From positions 44,618 through 108,617 of the forward strand of contig CAVWDG010000010.1 in NCBI GenBank assembly GCA_963753695.1: a DNA stretch of 64,000 nt. The letters are read 5' to 3'. Below, in pieces: positions 63,667-64,000 of the stretch. The first letter of the stretch is position 1. Each line of letters opens with the position of its first letter. Position numbers and translations under genes: made by a program. The stretch is from an uncultured Actinomycetes bacterium (GTDB taxonomy: Bacteria; Actinomycetota; Thermoleophilia; UBA2241). The notes under the pieces are model-generated. The model saw only the letters and a program-made list of their open reading frames with translations. It was not told the DNA's origin and ran no database searches.

Positions 63667-63975
63667 GTGACCATGATCTCCGTCATCGTGCAGCACGAAG
63701 TACGCGACTACGACACCTGGAAGCCCGTGTTCGACGAGCACGCCGCCGTGCGCAAGCAGCACGGCGCCACCGGCCACGAGATCTACCGCGGCCTGGACAA
63801 CCCGAACGAAGTGACGATCGTGAACCACTTTCCTTCACGGCAACAGGGAGAGGCCTTCGCCTCCGACCCGTCGCTGCCCGATGCGATGCAGCGCGGCGGC
63901 GTCATCGGCCAGCCGCGCGTGACCTTCGTCGGTGAGGCCGAGGTCGTAGAGTATCGCCAGACCAAGGCCGCCTGA
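63667..63975 (+). CDS. small alpha+beta protein (ABM/Dabb-like, DUF1330-like)
   Basis: ~100 aa with the pattern I.V......D...W...F...G......R.......V..F.S...A.AF. Confidence 0.4.
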   Translation: MTMISVIVQHEVRDYDTWKPVFDEHAAVRKQHGATGHEIYRGLDNPNEVTIVNHFPSRQQGEAFASDPSLPDAMQRGGVIGQPRVTFVGEAEVVEYRQTKAA

Positions 63976-64000
63976 GAGGCCTTCCGGTCAGAGAGACGCG

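Overview
The window is a high-GC (about 70-72%) bacterial chromosomal segment, and gene order points to an actinobacterium. It opens with the distal S10/spc/alpha ribosomal-protein operons (rplP to rplQ, including secY, adk, map, infA, rpmJ and rpoA). An ECF transporter module (ecfA1-ecfA2-ecfT) and truA follow. After that comes the conserved housekeeping stretch rsmI-metG-tatD-rsmA-ispE-tRNA-Gln-glmU-prs-rplY-pth-mfd-ppiC-mazG-eno-ftsB-DUF501-ppx, which matches the Mycobacterium layout. The 3' third of the window is accessory-like: tRNA-Leu, a TauE/DUF1634/MoxR/VWA cluster and a lower-GC islet, followed by further housekeeping and stress genes. The islet holds an Arr-family ADP-ribosyltransferase fused to an unknown C-terminal domain, a VOC/glyoxalase enzyme, a helical immunity-like protein, a ParE/Phd toxin-antitoxin pair and a stomatin-like SPFH protein. 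The remaining genes are TfoX-N, QueG-like, CopA, PaaK, an orphan REC-GspE/PilB ATPase, accC and a double-thioredoxin-fold oxidoreductase. A large block from about 9.5 to 26.3 kb carries many single-base indels that break essential genes (rpsD, rpoA, rplQ, ecfA1/A2/T, truA, rsmI, rsmA, ispE, glmU and others). I read this as consensus sequencing error rather than real pseudogenes. The most interesting candidates are the Arr-fusion resistance-like islet, and a zinc-ribbon membrane protein paired with a giant flotillin that is inserted between pth and mfd. Coordinates taken from the ORF track are reliable. tRNAs, terminators and alternative starts were placed by hand and may be off by a few bases.
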